DNA from: Acidobacteriota bacterium
GTDB lineage: Bacteria; Acidobacteriota; UBA6911; JACQTF01
Assembly: GCA_016210925.1 (NCBI GenBank)
Contig: JACQTF010000179.1
Span: 1 to 60,913, forward strand
Direction: 5' to 3'
DNA length: 60,913 bases
Positions 59,707 to 60,913 of this stretch are shown here, one piece after another (position 1 is the stretch's first letter; every line of letters begins with the position of its first letter). The translations under genes and the position numbers were made by a program. A model generated the notes under the pieces. It saw nothing but the letters and a program-made list of their open reading frames with translations. It did no database searches and was not told the DNA's origin.

Positions 59707-60913
59707 TCAGAACAGCAGCTTGAGCCCAAATTGGATTTGCCGCGAAGTACCGGCCGTTTGGGTAATTATTCCTGCCGCGGAAAGTGGGCTCTCGACATCC
59801 TGACGACCTGCGTAAACGCTTCGCTGGGGGGCGCTAAAATTCGGCCGGTTCAGGATGTTGAAGAATTCCCCACGGAACTCCAGCTTGCCACTCTCGCCCA
59901 GGAACTTCAGCGGAGTATCCTTTGCCAGCGAGAAGTCGAAACTGGCGAAACCAGGGGCTCGGAGAATGTTCCGACCTGCCGTCCCCAAAAATCCAGCGGG
60001 TTGGATTGCAAAGGCACACGGATCAAAATACAGCTCTGGCCCGCCCAACTTGCGGCCTGCTGGGACTCCTAAGCAGCCGGAGGTAACGCCTCGGGTGATG
60101 TTATCGTTGTGGCGACCGGCTACCAAATCTGGCCGGTCAGCTTGCGCCCCCGCCACTCTCGAGCGGGAGCGATTGGTCGTGAGGTTCGGGGTAAATGGAT
60201 AACCAGTATTCGTACTCAGAATGCCGCTCACCCACCAGCCGTTTAACAGCGTGCCTGGAGCGCCGCTTCGCGAAACTCCCGGCAAGCGATAGATTGCATT
60301 GAACCGCCAGTTGTGGCGGATGTCGAAGCCAGCCGGTCCCTTATCCACCTTGCGGTTGGTCGGATCGGTGCCCGTGTTCTGGTCAGCGGTGTCGTCGCTT
60401 CCGAGCTGACCTTGTGTTTCATCAATTATTTTCGACCATGTGTAGGAACTCTGAAATTGCAGTCCGTGGCTCAAACGCTTGACCAGACCCCACTGCAACG
60501 AGTTGTACCAGGAGTTTCCTGCTGCTGTTTTGAGTTCCATTGTGTCCCAGTTAGGATTGGTCCGCGATTCGCGACCGGTCCAGAACTGCCGGCCATCCGG
60601 AAGGATCTCCGGCACGGTGGGGTTTCCTTCTTTGGTTTGAATGATATTGAGGCCACGAGAACCTGCGTAAGCGACCGTCGAAACCATATTGAAGGGCAAC
60701 TGCCGCTCCACCGTCAGGTTGTACTGGAGCAAGTGAGGCTGCTGGAGGCCATAGTCTATGAGGCGAATCGATTTACCGACAGCCCCCGATGGGAATACGA
60801 GTGGGAGAGTCAACCCCGGAGGGCTCACCACCGTGCTGAGGCTAGCGAAGGGCGGCATGCCATTGGCGACCACAAGGAAAGAACTGCCGAGGTTACCAAG
60901 GTCATACAGCAGG
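59707..60913 (-). CDS. TonB-dependent receptor, C-terminal part (gene continues beyond the right edge)
   Basis: The C-terminus TSRQIQFGLKLLF and barrel motifs align with the other TBDRs. The frame stays open to the window end. Confidence 0.85.
   Translation of the reverse strand, partial: LLYDLGNLGSSFLVVANGMPPFASLSTVVSPPGLTLPLVFPSGAVGKSIRLIDYGLQQPHLLQYNLTVERQLPFNMVSTVAYAGSRGLNIIQTKEGNPTVPEILPDGRQFWTGRESRTNPNWDTMELKTAAGNSWYNSLQWGLVKRLSHGLQFQSSYTWSKIIDETQGQLGSDDTADQNTGTDPTNRKVDKGPAGFDIRHNWRFNAIYRLPGVSRSGAPGTLLNGWWVSGILSTNTGYPFTPNLTTNRSRSRVAGAQADRPDLVAGRHNDNITRGVTSGCLGVPAGRKLGGPELYFDPCAFAIQPAGFLGTAGRNILRAPGFASFDFSLAKDTPLKFLGESGKLEFRGEFFNILNRPNFSAPQRSVYAGRQDVESPLSAAGIITQTAGTSRQIQFGLKLLF

Overview
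High-GC bacterial chromosomal window. The TonB-dependent receptors have N-terminal carboxypeptidase-regulatory-like domains and ...RQIQFGLKFxF C-termini, which is consistent with Acidobacteriota (inference). It is mainly an uptake and catabolism island. It holds four intact TonB-dependent receptors plus one partial, three exported amidohydrolases, and four paralogues of an uncharacterised exported protein family (one is an internal tandem duplication). It also holds a cytoplasmic bis-MGD molybdoenzyme, a CoxG/S/L/M-like xanthine-dehydrogenase-family molybdenum hydroxylase operon, a UbiD-family decarboxylase and an RND efflux pair. On the minus strand there are three co-directional transporter operons: Liv-type ABC, TctCBA and TAXI-TRAP. 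Other content includes a vapBC toxin-antitoxin pair, a split NHL-like beta-propeller gene and many gene remnants. I found no rRNA, tRNA, CRISPR array or transposase. The most interesting signal is a small minus-strand operon at 48962..50554 that ORF callers truncate. It encodes a MerT-like membrane protein whose vicinal Cys-Cys pair is replaced by two consecutive in-frame TGA codons. It also encodes a signal-peptide HMA/MerP-like protein with TGA at the first Cys of the CxxC motif, and a DUF1858-like protein with an in-frame TGA-TGC. Each TGA is followed within 9-19 nt by a SECIS-like hairpin, so this is a candidate selenocysteine-based soft-metal or chalcogen relay, with no merA or merR nearby. 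Second-tier signals are the exported paralogue family, whose motif order recalls the M29/NicX fold, and three families of short-period (7-8 nt) tandem-repeat palindromes found only at gene boundaries. There is also an AT-richer orphan cassette downstream of the molybdenum hydroxylase operon, and widespread decay and recombination scars from the island's own gene families. All product calls come from reading translations and recalling family motifs. No database search was run.
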